From the NCBI GenBank assembly GCA_000934665.2, contig JYFJ02001477.1, positions 1 through 64,000 on the forward strand: DNA of 64,000 nt, in the 5' to 3' direction. Positions within the stretch are counted from its first letter, which is position 1. Each line of letters begins with the position of its first letter. The notes under the pieces were generated by a model. That model did no database searches and was not told the origin of the DNA. It was given only the letters and a program-made list of their open reading frames with translations. Below are positions 31,876 to 45,000 of this stretch, piece after piece. Origin of the DNA: Catajapyx aquilonaris. Lineage: Eukaryota. A program made the position numbers and the translations under genes.

Positions 31876-33689
31876 ATTTCATATCAGAGGAATATGAATA
31901 AGGGACTGTTTGTGCCACATGTTTAACTGTGTTATCGCAGTTAAATATATTGTTATTCAGAGACGTTGACGGACGTTGCCAAACTTTATACGCACCGTGT
32001 AAATCCCCTGTGACGTCACCCGATTTAAACAGCCAAGTGTAAAGTTATAAACTGCCTGACTTAAATATCTTTCTCGACTTGCTGTTAGTATAACAGTGTT
32101 TAAAGAATAATTTATTTTGGCGGGATGTGCGAATAATTATTTGTGTCAGGAGATGAGACAATTATTTTGCGGATCGTAATTAAATCTGGAAAAATCGGGG
32201 CGGAGAAAGAGAGCCCGTTAAAAATAGTTATACTTACGCCTCATTTAATGCCGCAAATGAACAGCTAAAAATAAGCCGTTGAGGGCTTATTTAACGCCCT
32301 TTAATTAAAAATAGGAAACGCGACTAAAAGATGCGGTCGCCATGGGAATAATTGCGGCCGTGATTAAATTTAATGGCAGTTCACTTAAAAATGGTAGGCA
32401 CTGCAGCAACAATGCAAGGTGTCCATTAAAATTAATTAATAAAGCGTCATTTTCATTTGAAATTAGATTAATTATAGTTACAAATATTGTTGACGCGATA
32501 GAAACAGCTTGCCATGTACGGGATCATGGACAAACAAACAGACGAACTTCACATTTTTTATAACAATAGAGCTAGGTACAGACTCTGTTCCGTCTTGATC
32601 TGTTATATTAATATTTATTAATTATAATCATTGCTGCACCTTGGAAACATAGGTTGCCATGAAAACCAAATCTGGACAGATAGACAGACAAACAAACAAA
32701 CAAACAGACAGACATTGCCTTTTATAATAGTACAGAGTAGCCTACAGAAAACCATTACTTAAATATAAGTAATGATTTTCTGTGTAGCCTACTAATTAAT
32801 ATAACAAATAAATATAGATATGAAAATAAATATTAAAAATATTGAATTAAAATCAATACAAATCCAATCAGTAATTATTAGTATTGGATTTGTATGATTT
32901 CATTCGATTTTAATTAATATTTAATGCCAGCAAGTTTTATGAAAGAAATTTCGGGAAAAATGTTCCCGATTATAATCGGAGATTATCTCTTTAATTTGAG
33001 TTGATGCAACCGCCTGCACTAGTTTAATGTCGATTAAGCTGTCAAAAACTCCTGCTTGGGTCCACCCACAGTAATGATATTAAGCAGCCGATAACCAGAT
33101 TAAACATGGCTGTGGCTATATATGGCTTACCTTTTTCTGGGACCGTGGTTTTTAATTAACGGGACTTTGAATAGTGGTCTTAAATTATTGCTTTAAAAAG
33201 AGGTGCTGCGGTGTTGCTGTACTGTCGTGTGTGTACCGGTGTGCATAATGCAACACCGCAATTATTCATTGCGGCAATTAATTAGTCAGTGTGGCCTAGC
33301 GCATATAGAATAAACGTAGAGGGAGGGGGGGATGTAATTAAAATGAGTTAATTAGGATCAGACGCCTTATCAGTGGGCTGGCCTGATTATTGTCGTGCTA
33401 ACCGGCCATTAAGTCCGTCTTAACACGAGACGCCCGCCTCTCAATCGCACCCTCTTCTAACACGACTTCTTTTTTTTTTTGTATGCTGAGAGTCGTGCCA
33501 CAGGAGAAAAGAAACCTCGACCGTGACCTCGTGACCTCTCTGGTGAGGCATGCCTGGAATTAATGCAGTGGAAGAACCTTATAAGCCGAAGAATGTTTGT
33601 GCGTTTGTTTGTCCAGGTTTTGGTTGTACAGTTGACAAAAAAAACTGAATTTGCCAAAAGAGTAACTTGTGAAGTCGCAAAAAATTTAG

Positions 33690-36600
33690 GTCATGCCTGT
33701 ACGTCATCTCATCGTGTGACGTCATGTGGCAGCCATCTTGAATAGATGACGTCACAAAGCTGAGATAAAGTACAGGCACGGCCTAAATTATTTGCGACTT
33801 TGCAATAAAAATTCTGCCACCATTGACGCCATCAATGTCCAGCACTGTTCGTTCGTTTGTTTGTCCAGGTTTGCCATCGCAACCGTGCCTGTTTCCATTG
33901 CAACAGGGAAGTTGGCCTTTAGGGGCGACCAAACTCTTTTCTCTCTCTTCTTTTACTGCCCGGAACGCCTGGAATTAATGCCGAGGAAGATCCTAGCTTG
34001 TACTGTTGTTTGTTTGGCCAGGTTTTTGATCAATTGTGCTGGACATTTAATGGTGTCAATTATTAATGGCGGCAGAAAAAATTATGGCATAACTGTACTT
34101 GACCTCATCGTGTGACGTCATCTATTCAATATGGCTGCCACCTTCCGATGACGTCACACGATGAGATGCAGTACAGTTATGCCATAAATTATCTGCCACC
34201 ATTGACACCTGCCCAGCACTGTGCATTTGTTTGTTTGTCCAGGTTTGCCATCGCAACCGCGCCATGGCAACCTGTTTCCATTGCAACAGTGAAGTTTGGC
34301 CTTTAGGCGACCCAACTTTTTCTTTCCGTCCTTTTCTCTTCTCTTCTTTTACTGCCAGTGCTCCTTGGGGGGACGGTCCCTCTCTTCTTTTTTTTGTGTA
34401 GGGGGTGGTGTCTGGCCCGGAATAGAGTTTCTTCCCCCCTCTTCCACCCACCATTTTTTTTCTTCATCTTCTTTCTCCATCCCTCTCTCGGCCCCCATCC
34501 ACCCCCGCGGTTTATTTGCCTCGTCTGGCTCCTTACAGAGGATGGGTTACCTTTCTAAGGTCATAAACCAATCCGGCCTCTTCCCTTTGGGGAAGGACTG
34601 GCACTGCACACTAGGCACCTTTCAAGTCCTCACCAAACCCGAAAAAAAGAGGGCCAAGTGCAGTAAAATGTGCCTATATAGGGTATGTGCCTCTGTTTGT
34701 CCTGCCCTCAATGGTAGAGTTGTAAATAAGTGAATACATCCACTGTTATTCATAATTCCAACCCTGCATTCTGCGCGAACTGTGGTGCGCACTCGTAATC
34801 GGAATGATGCGCCATCTATGTGAGGCATATGGCACTACGTGATTTGGCAGTGTTGCCAAGTTTTTGCATAAAAGTTAGGCAAATTATGTCTTTTCGCGTC
34901 TAAACGTTTGTGGGGCAGATTTTTTTCTTGAAAATGTGTGGTGACGTAGCTGTTGAGCAGTGAGCCAAAATGAAGCTGGCAAACCAGAGCTGAGATGTGT
35001 TCGTTTTCAAGGCAACTTACAGACGTCACCGCGCGTATAAATCGCTGTTCAGAAATGATGTTTTTGAGCTGGGTATCCAAAATAGATCCCGGCCTAAGCA
35101 CATATGTCACCGTCGCGAATTGCATTTCCCCCCCCCCNCCCCCACACACACACACACTCCCCTTGGGCATCATGTAAACACTATTGCTCTGTATACACAC
35201 ACGCAACGATCAGTACTCGCAGGGTAAATTATTCTGCCCACATAAAATATTGATAATAATTATCCCCTGCGCCAACATTCGCAATAACAATAGAGAACTT
35301 GCAAAGTCGCACTAAATTTAGGACATGTCTGTACAACACGTGTGACGTCATCTGAAGGTGGCGGCCATCTTGAATTAATGACGTCACACGATGAGATGAA
35401 GTACAGGCATGCCCTAAATTTCTTGCAACAATTTCGTGCGGAAGTATAGAAATGTTGGCTGTGCCTCTGTTTGTCCGGGAGGTGTGATGCCTGACTCTTT
35501 CTAGTGGCGACAGGTCAACGTATCCGCCGGCTATTAATCGAGTAGTGCCATCATTTGAAACCTGTGGTGTGTATTAAATTCCATATGGGGTGTAATTTAG
35601 GCTCGTGATTATTTCTGTGGTGACGTCACCGATTGATGTTCGTGTCGCTATAAATTGATAGCCATCAATTCGCAGGCTTGCCCCTCTTCAAAACATATAT
35701 TCCCGTCGCGTTTCAATTCATCTCGCGGCGTCCATCAATCGCTCATTAATTCAGCGATGATGGATTATTTTATTGTTGCTTTCAACTCTTTGCTGTTCGC
35801 CTGTTCCGCACATTATTATCATGTACAGGGTATGCCAATTCACTTTTTTTGGCTTATTTTTAATCAGCTTCTTTGTAGTAACTACAAAACATCAATATTT
35901 ATTACGGTGTGTAGTAGCTACAAAATTTAGCAGTTACTTCGTGTCAGTTACCAAATTAATCAGTCACATTGTAGCAGTTACAAAACATATCAGCTACGGT
36001 GTAGTGGCTACAAAATATACCAGTTACATATAGCAGTTACGAAATTTATCAGTTACTTTGTACGAGTAGTGCAACTTCAAAAATTTAGCAAGTTATTTTG
36101 TAGTAGCTGCAAAATGTAGCAGTTACTTTGTAGTAGCTACAAAATGTAGCAGTTACTTTGTAGTAGCTACAAAAATTTATCAGTTACTTTGTATCAGATA
36201 CAAAAATGTATCCGTTACTTTGTATCAGATACAAAAATGTATCCGTTACTTTGTATCAGATACAAAAATGTATCCGTTACTTTGTATCAGTTAAAAATGC
36301 ATCAGTTACTTTGTATGTTACAAAAATGTATCAGTTACGAAATTTCTGTTACTTTGTACGAGTTAGAGTGTAATTACAAAAATTTAGCAAGTTATTTTGT
36401 AGTAGCTGCAAAATGTAGCAGTTACTTTGTAGTAGCTACAAAAATTTATCAGTTACTTTGTATCAGTTAAAAATGCATCAGTTACTTTGTATGTTACAAA
36501 AATGCATCAGTTACGAAATTTCTGTTACTTTGTACGAGTTAGAGTGTAATATTACAAAAATTTAGCAAGTTATTTTGTATAGTAGCTGCAAAATGTAGGA

Positions 36601-37820
36601 GTTACTTTGTAGCAGCTACAAAAATTTATCAGTTACAGTTATCAGTTATCATCAGTTATCAGTTACTTTGTAGCTACTACAAAGTATAACTGCTACATTT
36701 TGCTTTTGCAGCTACTACAATATGACTTGCTAAATTTTTGTAGTTACACTAACTCGTACAAAGTAACAGAAATTTTGTAACTGATACATTTTTGTAACAT
36801 ACAAAGTAACTGATATCAGATACAAAAATGTATCGGTTACAGAATTTCTGTTACTTTGTACGAGTATAGTGAAACTACAAAAAATTATCAAGTTATCGTT
36901 TTTAGTAGCGATATATAAATTGTATCAGTTACTTTGTAGTATAGCTACAAAAATATAGCAGTTTGTAGTAGTGATAAAGATATTAATAGCTTCGTAGTCG
37001 TAATAATTATTAAATGATTTAATGTTATTATTTGGGTGGCCATTACGCATGTTTGCTACTAATTATCGTCATGTACACGCAGTGTGTCGTTAAAATAATA
37101 TTGGAGGCAATGGTATGCAATTAACAGTTTCACGCTTAATTAAGCAATAATATATATTCCCGTGTGCCGATAAGCCGTGTTTTTTTTTTCAGACCTCATC
37201 ACTCCCTAATGGCAGTTTCTCTCAATCCGGTAGCGTGTACCGGGTGTACTTGAAACTAATTACATCTTAGCCCTGAAATAGGAGAAAGAAAAAGAGTGCA
37301 CGCAACACTCTGTCTCTGTCAAAGTATATTTCTCTTTCTCTCTCTTTTTTTAAAGGTTCCTGGAAATAGAGCACAAAACAGATACGGATTATTAGAGTCA
37401 CGTTACTGCGGCTAAGTAGCATTAAATCCAATTAAATAGAGAGAGGGAAATGCGGCCGCCCTCTGGCTTGATACATAAGGATTAGCCTGGGTGACATGTT
37501 AATTACGCAGTGCATGTCATTCCACCCACCCACCCACCCGCCTCTACCGTACAGTGTATGCCTAAATGGATTTTGACACACCATAGTGCTGGGATGATTA
37601 ATTCCTCCTCATTCTTGGTAATAATTATTATCCCTTGCTTGCGCCAACCTTCTTCGCCGAGCGCTACCAACTTTCGCAATAATAACACCAACAATACAGA
37701 ACTTGTCGGAAAAAAGGGGTCTAGGCCATGCCTGTACTTCATATCCTGTGACGTCATCTACCCAATATGGCTGACATCATAGATGACGTCACAAAATGAG
37801 ATGATGTACAGGCATGTCCA
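33690..37820. repeat. Dispersed ~100-bp palindromic repeat family (copies ~33690-33790, 34095-34190, 35335-35420, 37725-37820)
   Basis: CATGCCTGTAC..ATCTCATCGTGTGACGTCAT...ATGACGTCAC(A)..ATGAGATG..GTACAGGCATG around a GGCRGCCATCTTG-like core. The coordinates span the four separate copies. Confidence 0.7.
35870..36970. repeat. ~30-bp minisatellite (CAGTTACTTTGTAGTAGCTACAAAAATKTAT) with an internal inverted block
   Basis: Many tandem 30-31-bp units; ~36670-36815 is in the opposite orientation. Confidence 0.9.
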
Positions 37821-38601
37821 GAAAAAATGCGACTTGGCAAGTTTGATTATCTCGTGACCTCATACCTATTCAAAAATGGCTGTCACACGGGGTTATAGGT
37901 ACAACTAATACAGTTTAGTTGGATGGCACTCAAAAAGCTGTCAGTTTCAGCACTATTTTAAAGTAAGTGCAGGCCCATCAATTATGCCGAAGCCATTTTT
38001 TCTGGCGATGAAATTGGTAGGCCTATTAATGAATTATGACGTCAATATGGCTTACTTGTTAGTGGTGAGCTAATTATCGCTGCTAATATTGTTAGCCTAT
38101 TTTTTTAAAAATTAGCAACGAATAAGGGTACAATGAAGTCCAACCCTGATCTTTTGAATACAACAATCACTCTGTTGACATATTTTGAGTATGTCTGTAC
38201 TAACTATAGCTATATAATAATATTGAATTGTAGATTTTGGGCAGTTGATTTATTCGCGATGCTTTACTCAATGTATACACACTTTAGAAGCAAGTGGCAA
38301 GTCTCCTCCGGAATTGTGCGAATTCAGGGGGCGGCTGCAGCAGTCATTTTGGTGCAAATATTTACTCGCGGTGTTGGCAAATTTGCAAGGCAGGCCCATT
38401 TGTTATTTGTGCAGATCCACGGGAATATTCCACTGGACTTGTTGCCTGCATATTTAAATACCCCTGCAGTTGGCAGAAATTATGGTAGACTATACAGACT
38501 CTTTAGAGAGAGACGAGCTTTGTGGAATGGTGTCGTACTTTGGGCGAATTGTTTTCGTCCGAATTTTTGCGACTAATTTCGCCCACTGCAATCTCACCCT
38601 C

Positions 38602-38768
38602 AGGGAATGTGGTTGCCGCTTCGGCGCTGGTGTAGTCCCCAAGGCCCTGGCGGACGATTCTGCCTTTAGTAGAAGCACTTCGTATCGATATCGATTCTAC
38701 TAAAGTCAGAATCGTCCGCCAGGGCCTTGGGGACTATACACCAGCGCCGAAGTGGCAACCTACTCCCT
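38602..38768. mobile_element. Palindromic MITE-like element
   Basis: ~64-bp arms GGTTGCCGCTTCGGCGCTGGTG...TTTAGTAGAA / TTCTACTAAA...CACCAGCGCCGAAGTGGCAACC with AGGGA..TCCCT ends. Confidence 0.7.
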
Positions 38769-39016
38769 ACGGGTGGGAATAACTAAGCTCACAGGGGTCT
38801 CCATAAGGCTGGGGTAGGAGGTACCCCGGACATCCCAACGGCTGCTACGACTAAAAACAAGGACAACGACAGCCGTGTGAACCCAACCAATAAGAATTTC
38901 ATCTGATTGTCGCAGGTTGACGCAAAATGACGTCGACGACAAGGCGGAAGAGGACGTCGAGACATGTGGTCAGCAACTGAGCAGAATGAGGATGAGAAGC
39001 GATGGATAGAAGGAGA

Positions 39017-42000
39017 ATGATGGCGACGCTGGTGACGACCACGACGCTTCTGGTGCTGACGGCGTCGGCGGTCATGGGAGGCGGGACTGGGGCTGGAGTC
39101 GGGATAACAACAGGAACGGCCGTTCAAGTCCACGAAGATGTCGGTATGTCCTCACATGTATAGTTACATGCCTTCTTACTTGAGAGAAAACATTATTGAC
39201 TGACACATGTGATTCCAGCGTCATTCTACGGCGACAGCCACATTCGACTGGGTCTCCAGGAGGCCAAAAGCACGACCCAGATCCAGTTCAGGTTTAGAAC
39301 CAGGCGTCCCGACGCCCTTCTGCTGTTGGCCGCCGGTAGGACCGACTATTGCCTCGTTTTGCTCAGCGCCGCGGCTCTCAAGGTACAGCTGGCTCCTCTG
39401 CTAGTCATTGATAATTCCAACCGTGCTAGCTGCGCGAATAGTGGTGCGCACTCGGTTGCGCTCGTATTATCACGTTGATATTAATTAACTGCTGCTAAAA
39501 TTAATTATTGATTATTAATTGGATTGAACTACTGTGCAGGTTCACATCAACCTGGGAGCTGGAGAGACGGAGGTGGCGTCTCCGAAAGGTTTGCGTCTGG
39601 ATGACCTCCTTTGGCATGAGGTCAACATCACAAGGGTCGACGCTGACTTCACCCTGCTCATCGACGGCGTCCACACCACCAGGTACTGACCGTGACCTCT
39701 GACTTTGACCTTTGACGACCTATGATTCTTTCCAGGGCTAAACTACCAGGTCGTTTCCACGAGCTGAACATCCAGTATGGTGTGATGGTTGGCGGCTTGG
39801 GCGACTTTTCCGAGCTGTTTCTTGGCATCTTGGAGAGCTTTAGAGGATGCCTGGCGTCGCTTAGGTACAACAGCGTCGCGGTGCTGGAGCGGGCTAGACG
39901 CGGTGCGCCGGCAGCATCAGGTGGAAGCTCCAAGGGCGTCTCGGCCGTCGCGGTTACATGGGACTGCGCGGCTGAGTTTGAGCTGCCAGCCGACGCCACA
40001 GTGTCGTTCTGGCCGCGACGCCCGTTTTCAGACAATAATGAGGCTGATGACGTTGCGGACGACGCCGGCGACGCTTTGCTGCAACTGGCTGTGTCGGTGC
40101 CACGAGCGAATGTGGCTTTGGCTTTGGCTCTCAGGCTGCATCCGGACGCCCGCGACGGCATGGTTCTGTACGCGTCTGGTGCGTCGTCTCGCCCAGATTT
40201 CTTTGCCCTAGAGATGATCGGAGGGCGTCTCCGATTGGTGGTGGACAAAGGCGGCGGCGTCTGGGAGCTGCGTCATAATGGAAGCAGCGTCGCTGACGGA
40301 TCATGGCATTTAGTGACTGCGTTGGTGGCGCCGACCTATCTGGAGCTAGGCGTCGACGGGGAAGCGTCGGCATCAAGGCCCGCGACGCCCGGCGTCGCTG
40401 CCTCCAAATTCCTGGATCTAGCAGACGGCCTGTTTGTAGGTGGCTTAGACGCTTCCAGGCGTCCCCGCGCGGCGTCGCAAGGACTGAAAGCGGCCCAGAA
40501 GAGCCTTCGAGGCTGCATGAGAGGATTGCAACTAGATGGGCGTCTTCTTGGCTTACCACACGCCAGGCTAACCAAAGGGATACGTCCAGGTTGCTTCTTA
40601 GACGGCGACACCGACGCTGATCATGGTTCGACGGACTCCTCTCTCTCATCACAGGTTAGGTTTAAGTTACGTTAACTTTGAACGTACATTAAGTTGCCGA
40701 CATTGCAGAGCGAACTGGTGGCGACAACTCCTGTCCGCGTGTCAGAAGGAGGAGTGACGACGCTGACGACGCAGCATCTGAGACTTCTGTTAGACCGAGA
40801 CAAGTTCGGCGTCCGAGAGTCAGGCGTCCTTTTCCGTGTCCTGCGTCCATTCCAGCACGGACGCCTTCAGTTGGACGGCGCTTCTTCCTCATCCGGCGCC
40901 TCTTCCTCCAGACTCATGTTCACCCTCCTGGACGTGGCGTCGGGACGCCTCAGATACGTGCACGACGGCTCGGAGACGCTTCACGACGCCGCCACTCTCG
41001 AGACCGAACTGGCGCCGGGTATAGGTTTTATCCTGCCAGACTATCTCCAGGTAAATCAGCTGATCTTTACTACACGACGAAATTGCGGGAGTCGGGATGG
41101 AGGGGCAGTGGCAAAGCCACAATAACGTTCGTTGGCCCATGGCGCCACAAAACGGACAGTAATTTTTGTGGTTAACTAAAAGCATCACTGCTAATGGACT
41201 GACCCTCCCTGGCAGGGCCACACTGGTACTGTCTCTCTGGACCTGCCAGGGAAAGTCCGTCCATTAGCATGATATAATTGCAGTTAATAAAATTGCTGAT
41301 CTAGGCGCTTATTGTGGGTAAGGTAAACCACAACTGCCTGTCTTGTGTCGCCACGAGCCAACGAACGCTATTGTGGCTTTGCCATGGCCAGATGCCCGCC
41401 CCTCCACCACGACTACCGCCTCTTCGTCGAGTATAGTAAGATCATCCGGATTATTTTTTTTACCTGATTAGCTTAATTTGTCTTGTACGGCGCTTAAATT
41501 TTGTGGGACGCCCACATAATTAGCTGGAAACATAATTAGCAGCACTTCCAGTCTGTGCATGAGCCGCTTCGATGCGCTGTGTAAAAACTATAAGTTTTAA
41601 TGCCATGCCAAGGGACCTTTTGCTTTTGTAAATGTTGCGTGAAAGTTTGTGAGCCTTTCAAATTTCGACTTTCAGCCTGTCGAGTTGTTGCGAAAATTTC
41701 TACGCAAAATTAAGTACGGTAACTCTGCAAAATGTTTGTGCAAATAAGTAATTAATGAAGCGTACGGTATACTGTTTACTTGCATACTCTTTAATGCGCA
41801 GGTTTTCTAGAATGAGAATCAATTTCGGACTCTTTATTTTCTAGGGAAAAGGACGTGATGGGCGTCGTTTCCGGCTGGAAGTGGAAGTGACGCCTGTGAA
41901 CGACGCTCCTGAGCTGCGTTTAGGAGGCGACAAAGTGCTGCGGTTGGCGTCCGGAACGCGTCGGAGGCTGACCCCGGAGATATTATGGGCTGAGGATCCT

Positions 42001-45000
42001 GATAGCCCTCAGGACTCCCTAGTGTTTTCGGTGGTGGCTTTGGAGGGTTCAGGAGGCGTCGGGGGCGTCGGGACGTCTTACGTCGAAAACGCGCGTGAGC
42101 CTGGACGCGCTGTGACGTCCTTTTCTGCTCAGGAGGTTGAAGAAGCGCTGATTTGGTTCGTCCACGGAGGACGCTCATCGGCGCCGTCGCTGCGACTGGC
42201 CGTCCGCGTGTCAGACGGCGTCCAATCCGGCGCCGCTGGCGTCCTCCGCGTCGAGACGTTCCCGCTGCAGCTTCAAATGGCCAACAACACTGGATTGACC
42301 CTCCAACCTTTTTCATCCGCTCTGATGACCACAGCCAATCTCAGCTTTACGTCCAACGCTGTGGTGGCAACCGACGCTGCCGACGCTGCTCATCTACCGG
42401 CGCCTGACATACGCTACGACGTAACCCGACCGCCTGATTGCGGACAGGTAGAACGACGTCGCGACGACGGCTCATGGACGCCCGTGACGCAATTTTGGCA
42501 ACGGCAACTCCGCGACGAGTCACTCCGATACACCCACACAGGCGGCGCCTGCGACGCCGACGCCGATTCCTTAAAGTTCCAGGTGTCTGTCCTCGGGGCA
42601 CGTCACCCATCCACTTTCGACTTTCGGTTCCGATTGGTCCAGGTCAGCCTCAGCGCACTTAGAGATCAGGTGTTGCGACTTAGGGCACAATTGAGAGGCG
42701 TCGTGACGGAGACGAGTCTGTTGTACCAGACGGCTCCGTTTGCGTCGCCACATAGAGAGGTAGTGTACAAGATTCTGCGACTCCCAAGATACGGGTTGTT
42801 GGAAATGGCCCTGGAGGAAACGACGCCTCCGACGCGCAAGCTGGACACCGGCGCCACATTCTCTCAGCAGGATGTGTTGGATGGACGCCTTCGGTACAGG
42901 TTGTTACAGACGGCGTACTCCAGCATCCAAGACAGCTTCCAGTTCCAGGTACAGTGTAAAGGCCTGCTGTTTGCGCCCAGTTGCACGACCAAATATTTTT
43001 GTCGGTCGCAAAGCGTCTGGTCGTGCGACCAGATATCATTGGTAATTCCAACCCTGCCAGCTGCGCGAACTGTGATGCGCACTCGTTTACACTTGTAAAA
43101 CGTACTCATGACCTCTCTTTCTTGATAGGTGACCTCTGCTAACGGCAGCGCTGGTCCGTCCGAGTACCGTATAGACTACGAGCCTGGTGAGGACCTGGCG
43201 TCGCGGCTGAAGTCGCCTCCGACGCCTCTAGACGTCGAGGAAGGCGGTAGGGCGACCCTAGGGGACAAGCACCTGGGCCTCCTAGAAGCGTCGGTACCAC
43301 TCTTGATCATTAACATCACGACGCCACCAAAGCATGGTCGCATCGACATCCTCGATCCGACGTTGACGGAGGTGAAGCGTCGCGACGCTACAGAGTTTAC
43401 GTCGGCTGAGCTGGATGCAGACAGAGTAGTGTATCTGCACGACGACTCTGAGGACCATCGAGACAACATAACTTTCCTGGCGTTGGCGTCGACTGATGCT
43501 GACGGTGGGTTTATGTACGTCGGTACCGTCGAGGTGCTGGTACGGGGCGTTAATGACCAGCCGCCGCGACGCACAGGCGACGCCCCTCTTGAAGTGCGTC
43601 GGGGTGGACATCGCCGACTCTCACCAACAGTCCTCCGGTTCGAAGATGCAGACTCCCCATCCGGCGCCCCCGACGCTATTATAATCACCCACCGAGGCGT
43701 GCCGCATGGAAATATAATGCGTCGCGACGCCACCGACGCCCAGCCAGTATTTCAGTTCACCCAAGCTGACGTGGACGCCGGGCTGCTCGATTTTAGACAC
43801 ATACCTGGCGACGACGACGAACCTGTTGATGATATACAGATGGCAATATGGGCGTCGGATGGCGTCCATGTCGTCACTGATGAACTGACAGTACATGTCG
43901 CTCTTCCTTGGGTCCGCATTGAGGGATCCAGGTTGATTAAGGTGCGTCGGGGCAGCTGGGCGTCTATTGGTGTTGGAAACCTCAGCGCCGTCACAAACGC
44001 TGACGACGCCGACGACGCCCTGGCTTTCACAGTGACGCAACCGCCGCGTCACGGCGCCCTTCTGATAGACTCACTTCCGGCTCATTCGTTCACTCAAACT
44101 GACCTTCTTGCTCAACGATTGGTGTACCGTCACCACGACGACGACTCCGACGCCTCTGGTCTAGGCACTGACTCTTTCCACTTCCGGCTGTCGGACACCG
44201 GCGCTCCCGACGCCACAGCCCATTCGCGGATGGACATACGAATATTTCCGGCCAGTTATTGGGAGCCATTGCAGGTGACAGCCAACGCGACGCTGGAGGT
44301 AGCAGAGGGCGGGTACGTCATTATCGACGCCGGCGTCCTGAGCGTCGCCCATCCGCATGTTCCACCAACCGACGTCGTCTATGAAGTAATCCAAGGACCG
44401 CACTTTGGCCGGCTGGAGCTTGAATCTGAAAGCAGCCCAGCGCCATCAGCGTCGCCGGCGTCGCAACGAAAGTTCGACCAGGACACACTCAATTCCGGAT
44501 TGTTACGTTACATCCAGACGGAGCCGGACGTCGCCGGCGATTGGTTTTCATTCCGAGTGGGCAACGGCGTCGTGATGCTGGAGTCGCGACGCCTGGTGCT
44601 GGTGGTGATACCGAAAGTTCTGGCTCTTTCCACAACCGATCTGAGCGTCCTCGAAGGCGCCGTGACATCCGTGACGCTCAAGCATCTTCATGTAGCGACG
44701 CCTTACTACGCTGACCGTGTTGAGGAGTTCAGGGTGACCCGAGCGCCGCGTCGTGGGCGTCTCCAGCTGGCGACGTCCCCTGGACGCTCTGTGCGGAAGT
44801 TTGCAGCCAAGCAGTTGTCAGAAGGACGTGTCCAGTATGTGCACGACGGCTCAGAAGACGCCGAAGACGACTCCTTCTGGGTGGTGGCACACGCAGGGGA
44901 CAAGGCGTCGGCAGCGACGCAGGTCAACATCCACGTCATTCCGGTCAACGATTGTCCTCCAGCTCTACTAAACCTCAGCACAGTCGACCTCTGGGAAGGC

